A DNA stretch of 63,571 bases, counting the filler, from Hausera hauseri (Eukaryota): the NCBI GenBank assembly GCA_046269625.1. It is 9 parts of 9 records of this genome, joined end to end, with 100 filler letters (N's around TTAATTAATTAA, not from the genome) between each part and the next. Parts side by side here need not be neighbours in the genome. Positions count along the whole stretch, not along the records: positions 10,534 to 15,399 come from JBJURY010410144.1; positions 15,500 to 33,008 come from JBJURY010188859.1; 7 more parts are not named here. The stretch is one strand, 5' to 3'. Every line of letters starts with the position of its first letter. The first letter of the stretch is position 1. The notes beneath the pieces were generated by a model that saw only the letters and a program-made list of their open reading frames with translations, searched no databases and was not told where the DNA came from. The position numbers were made by a program, and so were the translations under genes. Positions 11,315-25,500 of this stretch are shown here, piece after piece.

Positions 11315-14300
11315 TTATTCCAAACGCCAGTGTCCGTACGACCGACCCTTATTTCGCCCCACCCACTTTCGCTTGTCATAGTTGTATGACAAAGCAACCT
11401 TTTTATTTGTGATGGTATACAGCTGGTGCTCAATCGATCGTATGGTCGTTTGAGACACAGCAGCTTTTCCTTCTTTTTCTTCTTGTCCATTATAGATGCG
11501 GCGATAATCGCCGTGATTTATTTCCTTCTGTTTCATTTTGATGCCTTTTGTCCGCATTTTCGGCCCACAGTCCTTTAGAAGACTGTATCACTTTGGGTGA
11601 AAAAATATATATTCCATATATTGAACCGGCCTTTACTTTTGTCCTTGAAGCAGCTGATTTTGTTGGTGATCGCGTTGCTGTACAACGAATAATCCGACGG
11701 GTAGTTGAACGTGTCCAGTAGTCCATCTGCCATCATTTGTCGGAGCAGTTAATCGCAATTGACGCTTTTTAGCTAAAGGAAAAAGCTGTCTGTGTCACCG
11801 GCAACGATGCTGATCTCACAGCCATCGAACATTTGCCGGTAATGTGTCAAGTCACGATACTGGAGCTCGTACATTCGTAACTTGCTCAGATCCAATACCA
11901 CTTGTCCGATGTAACTTGGCCGGTCCAGTATGACTTCTTCCCTGTTTAACAGCACTGCAACCAATCCATCGGCAATGTGCATTGACCGCCGAAACTGAGC
12001 CTTACTCGTATACGTTATCAACCGCTTTTTGCTATTACATAGGCGTACAATGAACCGCTTTTTCAGATTCTCTACTGTTTTTTCATAGAGAGAATTGTTT
12101 TTCAGCTTGTAGCGGTCCTTTTCGAACTTTGTACAAGCTGTGGCTCGTTTTTCTGAATTTCCATCAGTGCATGCTTGATTATTGGCGCTGATTGAATTTG
12201 AATGCGCGATGCACATGTATGATGCATACACCGAGATGCATGTGGAACTGCAGAAAACGCCAATGGACCACGCAATTCAGCTTCGGTTCATGCACCATGA
12301 GCAGTTTCTTCACTTTTGAGCCAGGCGGACATTGGTTAAATGGGGCGACCGGTAAATCGTCCAAAACGTCATGCAGCTCATCTGGTACCACGATGTTGAC
12401 CTCCATCAGGTATCCGACTGAGCTTGCCATATCTGATCGTAGTAGGTTGACCATAATGTCGTCCAGATCTTATCTGTCGACTATCTATTCAAATGAACCG
12501 TACGGCAAGGGTGGCGAAAGAGCCCAGCCGTACAGGTTATTAATATCAATATACAGCAGTGATGTAGTATCGGTAACACTGACCCGATGCTTGTTGACAA
12601 ATATCATGCCGCCGCGAATACCAACATCAAACAGCCGGTACATTTCCGGGTCTTGCAGCAGCTCAATTTCTCGATCCAGTAACATTAGAGCTGACACCCA
12701 ACTCATTCCCGGTATGGAATAAAAGTTGAGTGGTTCCAGCCTGTCTTCAGCCAGTGCTTTCGCTCGAAACGCCTGGAGCACATCGGCTGGCAGGTACACG
12801 TCCAGTTTAAGATACTGGAGCATGTAATCTAACATGTTTATACAGCCGTGTTCTGTTTAGCACCTCTGTGCTTTGCGGTATTCATCCTCTGCGATACCTA
12901 TCCGTCGCGGCGGTAATTGTTCTGCTGTCCGGAGTCGCTCATATGATGTTGCAAAGTCATATGGGAATATGCCCTTGCTGCGTGCAATATGTGTGAGGAA
13001 CTGCGTTGAGGTTATTGGCACATCCGTCAAGGTATTTACCAACTTCGCCAGTGATTTATTGAGAAATTTCAATGAATCAAGGAAGCGTACCTAAAACCGG
13101 TATATGCGTGCTGACATGGACAGATACTTCTCCATTGTTGTTGGCATTATGGATAGGTCCTAGTGCGGAAATCCGTTGATGGCCAATTTTAGTATATGGT
13201 GACAATAATAACCTCGGAAATTTTGAAAGAGCATCGGTGGAATGGTCGCACACGCCTCGCTAAATTGAATGAATTGCATGCTGCTCCAAGGTATCGACCG
13301 GTGACATCGTCGTGATCCGGTATGAGTCGTTCCTGTGCATCAAAGGGTAAAATTTTATGGCACAAATAACATTCCTCTGTGACTGCAAATGTCAGGCGTT
13401 CGTCTTCATTTGTCCAAATCAGGAGTTTTGTGCTGTTACTGCAATACCACGGCTCGATTTCCATTTCAACTATCGTTTCCAAACTCTGCAGGAAATCACT
13501 TACACAGTTTCAGCCGTGAAAGGCGTATTACTGCGGCTGACCGACCGCTTTTATTGAGACAACCAACATATCAACCTTGATTGGACCATGTTTTTGATCA
13601 CACACGTTGTGACGTGGTAGAATTGCCTCACTATCGGCATATACCACATATACCTGACTGTCCGTTTTCGACCAGTCATTGAATCGGAGAATTTTTTGAG
13701 TAGCATGACGTACATGGTTGTTCCCATTGAATTCTACTTGCACAACGTCACATGTTTCTCCCATGTTGTTTTTGACCTGAAACCATGCAAACATACAGGA
13801 TACCATTTACTTTGTATACGCTTTTGGACAAACTGATGGTGATCCATGTTCCACAGTCGGTCCAAATTTGTCACGGCCATGTAATGAAAATTTTCTGTCT
13901 GCTCCAACAAAAACATATTTACTGTGCATCTATTCAGGTTCCGACTTCGATAAATTATATCCACAAGCGGATTCTTGTAAATTTCTTCGTCTGCCGGTAT
14001 TTCAACTATTGTTTTGTACCGGAACACGTTGACTGACAGTGTCAGATTACGCTGTTCAAATGTTGGAATGGTTTTTAGTTTCATCGTCATCCAGTTTTCG
14101 TCGAATTGTAATTCGGAAAAATACTGCCGATACTGACTTGGACGATATGCACTATGTCTGTCCACTTCATCATATTTTAACACGGCCAGAATACTGTAAA
14201 TGAAACAGTATTCGTCGTCAATATTTTTTACATTCACAACCGCGTAAGAGTGCTTTAGAGCTTCAGGTGTCGGTATGAAAGAACGTCCGTACAGGAAAAT

Positions 14301-14546
14301 TATGTCACTCGACTTTGTTATAATAAAACCGAGAGTGACAATTTTTATTAATCGCCAACCACTGCCCTTTTTGGTGTAGTTAGCAATTTTTTTGTCCAGC
14401 TTTTCGCTTATGTCGGCAATGAAATCTTTGGAATATGGAACTGCTCGATGTGACAGGTACCATTGTTTCCTGTCACCTTGCAGATTCTCAAATTCTGCAA
14501 GTGCATAATATTGCACTTTGCAGTTGTGGTGTTTGAATTTCTCCAC
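11315..14546 (-). pseudogene. Polinton/Maverick protein-primed DNA polymerase B, copy 1
   Basis: GSGW, NVKNIDDEYCF (OTU-like), YADSE, CxxC..DHD.VTG.Y.GAAC (EndoVII/HNH), YLKLDV, YIDINNLYGWA, YKLKNNSLY.K, GDTDSF, KGIK. Many frameshifts. Confidence 0.93.
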
Positions 14547-14559
14547 TTCGGTTTGTCAC

Positions 14560-15242
14560 TGGTTGCGCACATGAGCGGGTACATGCCTCAGTTGAGTTGC
14601 TGATTTCGCCGACATGTTTACTTTTATGTCCACGTACGATCTGTTTAGGTCGTACTTGACAGTAGTGGGCGGTTCCTGCTGCTCCTGCTGTTGACGCTCT
14701 GTACTGCTGCTTTGCAGGTATTCGTCAAGACTTGTTGATGTTTGACGTTTTCTGCTTGTTGAGGGAATACTGCTTTATGCTGCATCCATTGATATTTCCT
14801 TTTTAGACCTCTGAAACTGGTTCGATTTGTCCTGGTACTCATTATGAAATTGCTTATAGTAGATTTCATCAACTATAAAACAACCGCGACAAATATAGGC
14901 TCTTTTACCGTGCACCATTGTGGCGGCACAGTATTGCTCTATTGCACTATGGCAACCATCAACGTCGTGCAATGTACCTGTACAGTACCGTGGGTACATG
15001 GGGCAATGCACTAGCATCATCTTCTTCGGCCGTGTAAATAGTCCAAGATGATGCTTGTGCATCGCATAAAAGTCGGGGTATGGACAGCGGGTTAGAATAA
15101 CACACGTTGGATACACATACGTGTCCGGAACAATGTTGTAATATTTCGCCATCTGTTGATGGTACTGATCCCCTCCACATGTATGTAAGAGACTCAATAC
15201 ATTGGATTTTGCTTGCATTTTTAAATTTAAACAAACTAACAT
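14560..15242 (-). pseudogene. Cys/His-rich ORF upstream of pPolB, possibly its N-terminus, copy 1
   Basis: MHKHHLG.FTR.KKMML.HCP.YPRYC...C.GC is conserved with 48085-48641. Confidence 0.55.
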
Positions 15243-15499
15243 TTAAAATATATTACAATTTTAAATAAAATAAATTAAAATACATAAACATTAAACATAA
15301 TCCAAATAGTCTGTGTTTAGAGGTTTGCTTTTTTATAAATACAACAAAGCAAAACGTACGAATGCAGTCGAATAAAACGACTGAAATGCAAACAGCAAAN
15401 NNNNNNNNNNNNNNNNNNNNNNNNNNNNNNNNNNNNNNNNNNNTTAATTAATTAANNNNNNNNNNNNNNNNNNNNNNNNNNNNNNNNNNNNNNNNNNNN

Positions 15500-16530
15500 G
15501 ATAGCGCGTGGCGAGGTGAGCAAAAGTTAACGAAGGTGCGTCTTACAGAAATATAATAGAGAGGCGCTAAAAGAGGAAGAAACAAAACAGGAAATGCTCC
15601 ACGTGTAACGCGAAAAATGTTGCTAGCACTGAGAAAATGTGTACAAGGAGTAAGTCGATACTGGCGATTTCAATCGACACTGCTGCAAGTCGTTCAGACC
15701 ATGGGAACATGGGGAAAATCGATGGGAAAATTTCAAACGGGTAAAATTTCCACATGACAAAGTCTGCCGGTGATGGAAATTGGTACAATACATTGCTCAT
15801 AAGCTGGGAAAAATTTGATACTATAGCCGCCTCACGATCAGACCAATGGATCGGGGTGAAAAATACAATCAAACGAAGGAAGGAACGAACGAATTAAAAA
15901 AGGCCAATAGTTAAAGTCAAAATCATTATAGTAGGTAGAAGTGTCTTCTCCCAACCACTTGCTAAAAAGTGCTCAGATCGTGCTGGAAACCAGTTTTCCC
16001 CACTTATCTCTCAATTCTGAGCATTTCATGTTTTATGGTCGGAGACCCTCCAACCGGAAGCGCATGTCGCATGTTGCACATGTCAACGGCGGAAATTGGC
16101 AAAGCTGGATGAGGCGAGAAAATTTTCCTGGCGCGGCGAGAGTCGATAATAATACTGGGCGGCGCTAGAAGCAAAAGAAGCAAAACAAGAAATGTTTTAT
16201 GAGAAACAAGACACGAGTTACGAATTGCGCAGTGTTTGGTTCAAATGTCAAATCAATGTTGGGGAATCAAATGCGCACAATTTCAACGTTGTCTGACCAT
16301 GGGAACATGGGGAAAAATTGATGTGGAAATTTCAAATTCTAGAAATTTCCCATTGTTTAAATCTGCTGGTTGTGAAAATGGGTTGAGCACGTAGCCCATC
16401 AGTATTTGAGCTTACACTATTAAAGCCAATTTACGATAAGACCAATGGATCTCGGTGAAAAATGCAACAACAAAAAACAAACACATCGTTAAAAAGTAAA
16501 AATCGTCATCATTAAGATAATCGTCCTAAA
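15500..16530. repeat. Diverged tandem unit of about 600 bp, about 1.7 copies
   Basis: GACCATGGGAACATGGGGAAAA near 15697 and 16295; AGACCAATGGATC..GGTGAAAAAT near 15840 and 16439. Confidence 0.85.
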
Positions 16531-16532
16531 GG

Positions 16533-19500
16533 CGTTTGATCGTTCGTTCGTTCGTTCGGTTGTTCGTTTGTTCTTTCGTTTGTTCTTTCGTTCGTTCGTT
16601 CGTTGGTTCGTTCCTTCGACCAATCGTTCGTTCGTTCGTTCGGTTGCTCTTTCGTTCCTTCGTTCGTCCCTTCGATCGATCGTTCGTTTATTCGTTCGTT
16701 CGTCCGTTAGTTCCTTCGTTCGTTGGTTCGATCGTTCGTTCTATCGCTCGTTCATTCGGACGTTTGTTCGTCCGTTCGTTCGTTCACTCGTTGGTTCTTT
16801 CGTTCTATCGTTCGTTCGTTCATTTGGTCGTTCGTTAAATTTTACGTTCGCTCGTTCCATTATTCTTTCGTTCGTACGTTCATTCATTCGTTTGTTCCTT
16901 CGTGCGTTTGTTCGTTTGTTCATTCTTTCGTTCTATCGCTCGTTCGTTAGTTTCTTCGTTCCTTCTTTCGATACTTCCATCGTTCGTACTTCCGTTCGTT
17001 TGCTCGTTCGTTCGTTCGTTCTTTCTTCCTTTCGTTCGCTCGTTCGTCCGTTCGTTCATTCGTTCGTTTGTTCAGTCGTTCGTTCTATTGCTAATTCGTT
17101 CGGACGTTCGCTCGTTCGTTCACTTGTTCGATCTTTCGTTCGTTCCTTCGTCTTCACGTTCGCTCGTTCGATTATTCTTTCATTAGTAAGTTCGTTCGTT
17201 TGCTTGTTCGTTCGTTCGTTTCTTCGTTCGTTCTTTCGTTCCTTCGTTCGTTCTATCGTTTGTTCGTTCGTTCGCTCGTTTGTTCATTCGTTCGTTCTTT
17301 CGTTCCTTCGTTAGTTCGCTCGTTCGTTCGTTCGTTCTTTTTTTCTTTCGTTCGTTCGTTCGTTCGTTCTTCGTTTGTTCGTACTTTCGTTCGTTCGCTC
17401 GTTCGTTCTCTTTTTCTTTCTTTCGTTAGTTCGCTCGTTCGATCGTTCGTTCTTTCTTTTGTTCGGTCGTTTGTTCGGTCGTTCGTTCCTTATTTCGTTC
17501 GTTCTTTCGTTCTTTCGTCCGTCTGAATATTCGTTCGTTCATTCACTCGTTCGTTCGTGCTTTTGTTCGTTCATTCGTTCGTTTCTCCGTTCTTTCGTTC
17601 GTTTGTTCTTTTGTTCGTTATTTCGTTTGTTCTTTCGTTCCTTCCTTCATTCGTTCGTTCATTCCTTCGCTCTTTTGTTCCTTCTTACGTTCGTTTTTTC
17701 GTTCTTTCGTCGGTCTGAATGTTCGTTCATTCCTTCGTTCGTTCTCTCGTTCGTTCGTTTGTTCGATCTTCATTTCGTTCGTTCGTTCGTTCGTTCCTTC
17801 GTTCGTTTTTTCTTTCGCTCGTTCTTTATTTGGTTTGATAGTTCGTTTGCTCGTTCTTTGGTTGGTTGGTTGGTTTGTTCGTCCGTTCGTTCGTTCGGAC
17901 CTTCGTTCTTTCATCCGTTCTTTCGTTCGATCGTTCTACCGTTCGTACGTTCTTTGGTTCATTCTTTCGTTCGTTGGTTCTTTCTTTCGTTCTTCCGTTC
18001 GTCCGTTCGTTTATTCCTTCGTTCCTTCGTTCGTTCGTTTTATCTTTCGTTCATTCGATCGTTCGGTCGATCCTCCGTTCTTTCGTTCGTTCCTTCCCTT
18101 CTTCGTTTGTTCGTTCGTTCGGTCCTTCGTTCGTTCGTCCGGTCCTTAGTTTTTCCGTTCGTTCGATCGTTCGTCCCTTCGTTCGTACCTTCGTTCTTCC
18201 CCTTCATCGATTATTCGTTCGATCGTACGTTCGTTCCTTGTTTCATTCGTTCGTTCGTTTGTTCTATAGATTGTTCTTTCTTTCGATTGTTCTTTCGTTC
18301 CTTCTTTCGTTCGTTCGTTCTCCTGTTCGCGCCTTTTTTCGCTCATTCCTTCGATCTTTCGTCCGTTTGTTCATTTGTTCGTCCTTTCGTTCGTTCTTTC
18401 GTTCGATCATTTGTTTTTTCATTCTTTCCTTAGTTCCTCCGTTCGTTCTTTTGTTCGTTCTTTCTTTTGTTCTTTCTTTCTTTCGTTCTTTCGTTTGATC
18501 GTTCGTTTGTTCGTTCTTTCTTTCATTCGTTCGTTCGTTCCTTCTTTCGTTCTTTCGTTCGTTCTTTGTTTCTTTCGGTCTTTAGTCCCTTCTTTCTATC
18601 GTTCGTTCATTCGTTCCTTCGTTCTTTCATTTACTTATTCTTTCGTTTTTTCGTCAGTGCGTTCGTTCGTTCGTTCATTTGTTACTTCGTTCTTTCTTTG
18701 ATTAGTTCGTTCGTTCATTCGTTCATTCGTTCCTTCGTTGGATCCTTGTATAGTTCCTTCGTTCTTCCGTTCGTCCTTTCTTTCGTTCGTTCATCCGTTC
18801 ATTCGTTCCTTCGTTCGTTCTTTCGTTCGATCCTTATATCGTTCTTCTTTCTTTCGTTCGTTCTTTCCTTCCTTCTTTCTTTCTTTCTTTCATTAGTTCT
18901 TTCGTTCGGTTTATCTTTTGTTCGTTCGATTTTTCTCTCGTTCGTACGTTCGTTTGTCCGCTTGCTCGTTCGATATTTCGTTCTTTAATTCCTTCTTTCT
19001 TTCGATCGTTCGTTCGATCGTTCTTTCTTTTTATCGATCGTTCCATCGTTCGGTCTTTCGTCTGTCTTTGATTATTTCGTTGGTTTGTTGGTTCGTTCGT
19101 TTGTTTGTTCGTTCTATCTTCGTTAATTCGTTCGTACTTTCATTCTTTCGTTCATTCGTTTGTCTTTCCTTCTTTCTTTTGTTTGTTCGTTCGTTCTTTG
19201 GTTCAATCGTTCGTTCTTTCCCTCGTTTCTTTTACTATTCGTTCGTTAGGTCGTTCCTTTGTTCGTTTCTTCGTTCGTCCGTTCGTTCGTTCGTTCCTTC
19301 GATTTTTCGTTCGCTCGTTCGTTCTTTCGTTCTTTCCTTCGTTGTTTCGTTCGTTAATTCGTTTGTTCGTTCGTTGTTTCGTTCGCTCATTCGTTCGTTT
19401 GTTATTTCTTAGCTTCGTACGTTCGTTCGCTCGTTCGTTCTTTCGTGCATCCGTTCGTTCCTTCGTTCTTTCGTTTGCCCGTTCGTTCTTTCTTTCGTTC

Positions 19501-22500
19501 GTATATCCTTTCGTTCATTGGTTTCTTCGTTCGTACGTTCGTTCCTTCGTTCCTTCATTCGCTTATTCGTTAGTTCGTTCAGTTGTTTGTTCGTTCGTTC
19601 GTTTTTCTTTTGTCCTTTAATTCGTTCGTTTGTTCTTTCATTCGTTCGTTTGTACATTCGTTTGTTCTTTCGTTCGTTCGCTCGGTCGATAGTTCTTTCG
19701 ATCGTTCGTACGTTCGTTCTATTGTTTTTTCGTTCGCTGTTTCTATTGTTCTTTCGTTCGTTCGTTTGTTCGTTCGTTCGTTAGTTCGTTCTTTTGTTTG
19801 TTCATTCGTTACTTCGTTCTTTCGTTCGTTAATTCGTTTATTCTTTCGTTCTTTCGTTCCTTCGTTCGTTCTTTTGCTTGTTCGTTCGTGCGTTCGATTT
19901 TTCTTTTGTTCGTTTGATAGTGCGTTCTTTCGTTCGTCCCTGAGTTCATTAGTCCGTTCCTTCGTTCTGTCGTTCGTTCTTTCGTTCGTTCATTCGTTCT
20001 TTCTATCGTTCGTTCGTTGGTTCGTTCTATTTTTCGCTCATTCATTTGTTCTTCCGTTCGGTCTTTCGTTCTTTCATTTATTCGTTCTTTCGTTCCTTCT
20101 ATCGTTCGTTCGTTCGTTGGTTCATTCTTTCTTTTAATTGCTTGTACATTCGTTATTTCTTTCGTTCGTTCGTCCTTTCGTTTGTTTGTTCTTTGTTCCT
20201 TCGTTCGTTGTTTTTTCTTTCTTTCGTTCCTTCGTTCCTTCGCTCGTTCGTTCGTTCATTCGTTCTTTCGTTCGTTATTTCGTTTTTTTCTTCTTTCTTT
20301 TGTTTTTTCGTTCGTTCATTCTTTCGTACATTTGCATGTACGTTCGTTATTTCGTTCGTCAGTTCGTCCTTTCCTTTGTTTATTCTTTCTTTCTTTCATT
20401 CGTTCCTTCGCTCAATCGTTCCTTCCTTCGTTTTTTCCTTCGCCCTTTCGTTCGTTCGTTCATTCTTTCGTTCGTTCGTTCGATCGTTCTTTCGTTGTGT
20501 CCTTCGTTCGTTTGTTCGGTCGCTCTTTCTTTTTTTCTTTCGTTCGTTCTTTCGATCGCTCGTTTGTGTCTTCGTTCGTTCGTTGTTTCGTTCGTTCGTT
20601 TTTTCGTTCCCTCATTCATTCATTCTTTCGTTCGATCTTTCGTTCGTTTGCTTGTTCTTTCGTTCGTTTACTCGTTCTTCCCTTCATCCTCTCGTTCGTT
20701 CGTTCTTTCCTTCGTTATTTCGTTCCTTCGATCGTTCATTCTTTTGTTCAATCGTTCTTTCCTTCGTTCTTTCGTTCGTTTGTTCATTCCTTTGTTTGTT
20801 TCTTCGTTCGTTCGTTATTTTTCTCGTTCGTTTATACTTTCGTTCTTTTGTTCGATTGTTCGTTCATTCTTTCGTTCGTTCGTTCGATCGTTCTTTCGTT
20901 GTATCCTTCGTTCGTTTGTTCGGTCGCTCTTTCTTTCTTTCGTTCGATTCTTCGTTCCTTCGATTGCTCGTTTGTGTCTTCGTTCGTTCGATCGTTTATT
21001 CTTTTGTTCATTCGTTCTTTCATTCGTTCATTCATTCTTTCGTTTGTTTGTTTGTTCGTTTGTTCGTTCGTAGGTTCATTCTTTTTTTCATTTCTTCGTT
21101 GGCTCGGTCGTTCGTTCATTCGTTCGTTCGTTCTTTCTTTCGTTCCTTTGTTCGGTCGCTCTTTCTTTTCCTTCGTTCGTTCGTTCTTTCGATCGCTCGT
21201 TTGTGTCTTCGTTCGTTCGCTGGTTCGTTCGTTCGTTTTTTCGTTCCCTCATTCATTCATTCTCTCGTTCGATCTTTCGTTTGTTTGTTTGTTTTTTCGT
21301 TCGTTCGTTCGTTCTTTCTTTTTTTCATTCGTTCCTTCGCTCGTTCGTTCGTTCATTTGTTCCTTCCTTTGTTTTTTCGTTACTTCTTTCGTTCGATCCT
21401 TTGTTCGTTCCTTCGTTCGTTATTTCATTCTTTTTTTCTTTCCTTTTTTCTTTCTTTCGTTCATTCTTTCGTTCATTTGCTTGTACTTTCGTTATTTCGT
21501 TCGTCAGTTCGTTTTTTCCTTTGTTTTTTCTTTCGTTCGTTCGTTCGTTCTTTCTTTCTTTCATTCGTTCCTTCGCTCGTTCGTTCGTTCATTCGTTCCT
21601 TCCTTCGTTTTTTCGTTCATTCTTTTGTACGTACGTTCCTTAGTTCGTTGGTTCTTTCGTTTGTTCGTTTTTTCGTTCCTTTGTTCGGTCGCTCTTTGGT
21701 TCGTTATTTCCTTCGTTATTTTGTTCTTTCTTTCTTTCGTTCCTTTGTTCTTTTGTTCGTTCGTTCGGTCGGTCCTTCTTTTGTTCTTTCAATGGTCCTT
21801 TCGTTCGTTCTTTCGTTCGTTTGTTTTTTCGTTTGTTCGTTCGTTCGTTCATTCGTTCGTTATTTTCTTTCGTTCTCTCTTTCGCTTTTTCATTCTTTTG
21901 TTCTATTTTCATTTTCTTCGTTTGTTCCTTCGTACTTTCTTTCGTTCGTTCCTTTTTTCTTTCAATCGTTCGTTATTTTCTTTCCTTCGTTCTTTCGTTT
22001 GTTCATTTTTTCTTTCGATTTTTCTTTTGCTTATTTGTTCGTTCGTACTTTCTTTCGTTCGGTCTTTCGTTCTTTCTTTCTTTCGTTGTTTCGTTATTTC
22101 TTTCTTTCGTTCCTTCGTTCGTTCTTTCCTTCTTTCGTTCGTTCGTTTGTGAGTTCGTTCCTTCTTTTGTTCTTTCGTTCGTCTGTTCGTTAGTTATTTC
22201 GTTCGTTCGTTCTTTTGTTCGGTAGTGAATTCGTTCTCTCGTTCGTTATTTCATTCCTTCTTTCGTTCGTTCGATCTTTCTTTCGTTCGTTCGTTCGTTC
22301 GTTCGTTAGTTCTTTCTTTCGATCGTTCATTCTTTCGTTCTTTCGTTTGTTTTTTCTTTCGCCTGTTTGTCCATGCGTTCGTTTTTTTGTTCATTACTAC
22401 AATCGTTCTTTCCTTCTTTCATTCGTTCGTTCGTCCTTTCCTTCGTTCTATCGTTCCTTCTTTCGTTCTTTCGTTCGTCAGTTCGTTCGTTATTGCGGTC

Positions 22501-25500
22501 GTTCGTTCGATCGTTCTTTTGTTCGTTCGTGAATTCGTTCTTTCGGTCGTTTGTTCCTTCGTTCATTCGTTCTTTCTTTCGTTCTTTCGTTCATTCATTT
22601 CGTTCGTACGTTATTTCTTTCTTTCCTTCGTTCGTTCGTTCTCTCGTTCTTTCCTTCTTTCTTTTTTGCTTTCGTTCGTTCGTTCGTTCGTTCGATCCTT
22701 CGTTATTTCTTTCGTTCCTTCGTTTGTTCGTTCGTTCTTTCGTTCGTTCATTCGGTCTTTCTTTCGTTCGTTCGTTCTTCCTTTCGTTCTTTCGTTCGAT
22801 CGTTCGTTCAAACGTTCGTGCGTTCTTTCATTCTTTCGTTCTTTCGTTCTTTCATTCTTTCATTCTTTCCTTCGTTCGTTCGTTCCTTTCTTCTTTCGTT
22901 CATTCGTACTTTCGTGCCTTGGTTGATTGGTTCATTCGGGCCTTTGTTCACTGGTTTATTCGTTCATTCGTTCGCTCATTCGTTCTTTCGTTCCTTATAT
23001 CTTTCGTACTTTCGTTCGTTTTTTCTTTCTTTGGATTTTTGTTTTGTTCGTTTGTTCATTCGTACTTTCTTTCGTTCCTTCATTCATTTCTTTGTTCGTT
23101 CTTTCGATCTTTCTTTCATTCGTTTGTTTATTCGTTCGATCCTTCGTTCGTTCTTTCCTTCGTTCGTTCGTTTGTACGCGCTTTCGTTCATTCGTTCTTC
23201 CGTTCGTTCGGTGGTTCATTCGTTCTTTCCTTCGTTCGTTCTTTTGTTCTGTCTTTCTATCTTTGGTTCTTTCGTTCCTCCTTTTTTTCTTTTGTCCGTT
23301 CGTTTGTTTGTTTCTCCTTTCGTCCTTTCGTGCGTCAGTTCGATCGTTCTTCCGTGGTTCGTTCGTTCTTTCTTTCTTTCATTTCTTCGTTCCTTTATTC
23401 GTTGGTTCCTTCGTTCTTTCGTACCTTGCTTCATTCGTTCATTAGTTCATTTGTTCATTCTTTCGTTCTTTCGTTCATTCTTTCGTTCTTTCGTTTATTC
23501 CTTCTTTCTTTGGATTTTTCTTTTGTTCGTTTGTTCATTCGTACTTTCTTTCATTCCTTCTTTCAGTCGTTCGTTCATTCGTTCGTTCTTTCGTTTGTTT
23601 TTTCTTTCGCTTGTTCGTCCATACGTTCGTTCTTTCGTTCATTAGTACGTTCGAACTTTCATTCGTTCTTTCATTCGTTTGTTCGTTCCTTCGTTCATTC
23701 TTTCGTTCGTTCATTCTTTCATTCGTTCGTTCGTTGATTCGTTCCTTCTTTCTTTCATCCGTTCGTTCTTTCGTTCTATCGATCATTCGCTCCTTCTTTC
23801 ATTTGTTCTTTCTTTCGTTCTCTCCTTCGTTCATTCGTTCGTTCTTTCTTTCTTTTGTTTGTTCGTTTATTCTTTCATTGGTTCGTTCATTCTACCATTG
23901 GTTCTTTCGTTCATTCACTCCTTCGTCCGTTCTTTCGTTCCTTCGTTTGTTCTATAGTTCAATTGTTCTTTCGTTCGTTCCTTCGTTCTTTCATTCGTCC
24001 TTTCGTTAGTTCTTTCCTTCATCCATTATTTCGTTCCTTCCTCGTTCGTTCTTTCTTTCGTTCTTTCATCTGTTTGTTCGTTCGTTCGTTTGTTCGTTCT
24101 TCCTTTCGTACGTTCGTTCTATAGTTCATTCCTTCCTTTTTTCGTCCGTTCGTTCTTTCGTGCCTTTGTTCATTCTTTCGTTCGTTCTTTCTTTCGTTCG
24201 TTCTTTCCTTCTTTCGTTCTGTCGTTTGCTTGTTCGTTATTTTCGTTCGGTCCGTCCTTCTTTATTTCGTTCGCTCGTTCGTAATTTCTTTCGTTCGTTC
24301 CTTCTTTCTTTCGTTTGTCCGTTCGTTCTTTCGTCTGCTCGTTTATTCATTCGTTCTATGGATCGTTCTTTCTTTCGTTTGTCCGTTCGTTCATTCGTTT
24401 GTTTGTTTTATCTTTCCTTCATTTGTTCGTTCGTTCGTTCGTTCATTCGATTTTTCATTCGTTCGTCCTTTCGATCTTTCGTTCGTTGTTTTATTCTTTC
24501 TTTCTTCCGTTCCTTCGTTCATTCGCTTTTCCGTTCTTTCTTTCGTTCGTTCTTTCGTTCTTTTGTTCTTTCCTTCGTTCTTTCTTTCGTTCGCTTTTTC
24601 TTTCGATCGTTCATTCGTTCATTCGTTCTTCCTTTCCTTCGTTCGTTCGTTCGATCTTTCTTTCTTTCTTTTGTTTGTTCGTCCGTTCTTTCCTTCGATA
24701 CTTTGTTCTTTCGTTCGTTCTTTCTTTCGTTCGTTCGCTGGTTCGCTCTTTCTTTCGTTCCTTCATTCGTCCGTTCATTTGTTCCGTCGTTCGTTCGTTC
24801 TTTCGGTCGTTCTTTCGGTCTTTCGTTCGTTCCTTCATTCTTTCGTTCGTCCGTTCGTTCTATCATTCGTTTGTTCGTTCGTTCTATCGATCGTTCTTTC
24901 TTTCTTTCATTCATCCGTTTTTTTCCTTCGTTCTTTCGTTCTTTCGATCGTTCATTCCTTTGTTCGTTCTTTCTTTCGTTCGTTCGTTCGTTCTTTCGGT
25001 CATCCGTTCTTCGTTCTTTCGTTTGATCTTTTTTTTATTTTTTCGTTTGTTCATTCTTTCGTTCTTTTTTTGTTCGGTCCTTCATTATTTCGATCGTTCG
25101 TTCGTTCGTTCGTTCTTTCGTTCGTTCGTATGTTCATACGTTCTTCCGTTCGTTCGTTCGTTCTTTCTTTCTTTCTTCCTTATTTTCGTGTGTTCGTTCG
25201 CTCTATCGTGCGTTCATTTATTCGTTCGATCGTTCATTCGTTCGTTCTTTCATTTGTTCGTTCTTCCTTTCGATATTTCGTTCGTTCTTTTATTCTTTCG
25301 CTCTTCCTTTCCTTCTTTCTTTCGTTCGTTCGTTCGTTCTTTCGGTCATCCGTTCTTCGTTCTTTCGTTTCTTCGTTCTTGCGTCCATCCGTTGGATCGT
25401 CCGTTCATTCGTTGGTGCGTATTTTCATTCGTTTTTTTCCGTTCTTTTGTTCGATCTTTCGTTTATTTTTTTGTTCTTTCGTTTGTTCAATGGTTCGATC

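Noticed and set aside
12192-12722. Plus-strand ORFs antisense to pPolB, and similar antisense ORFs over pol and clathrin
   Set aside because: They are shadows of opposite-strand coding sequence.
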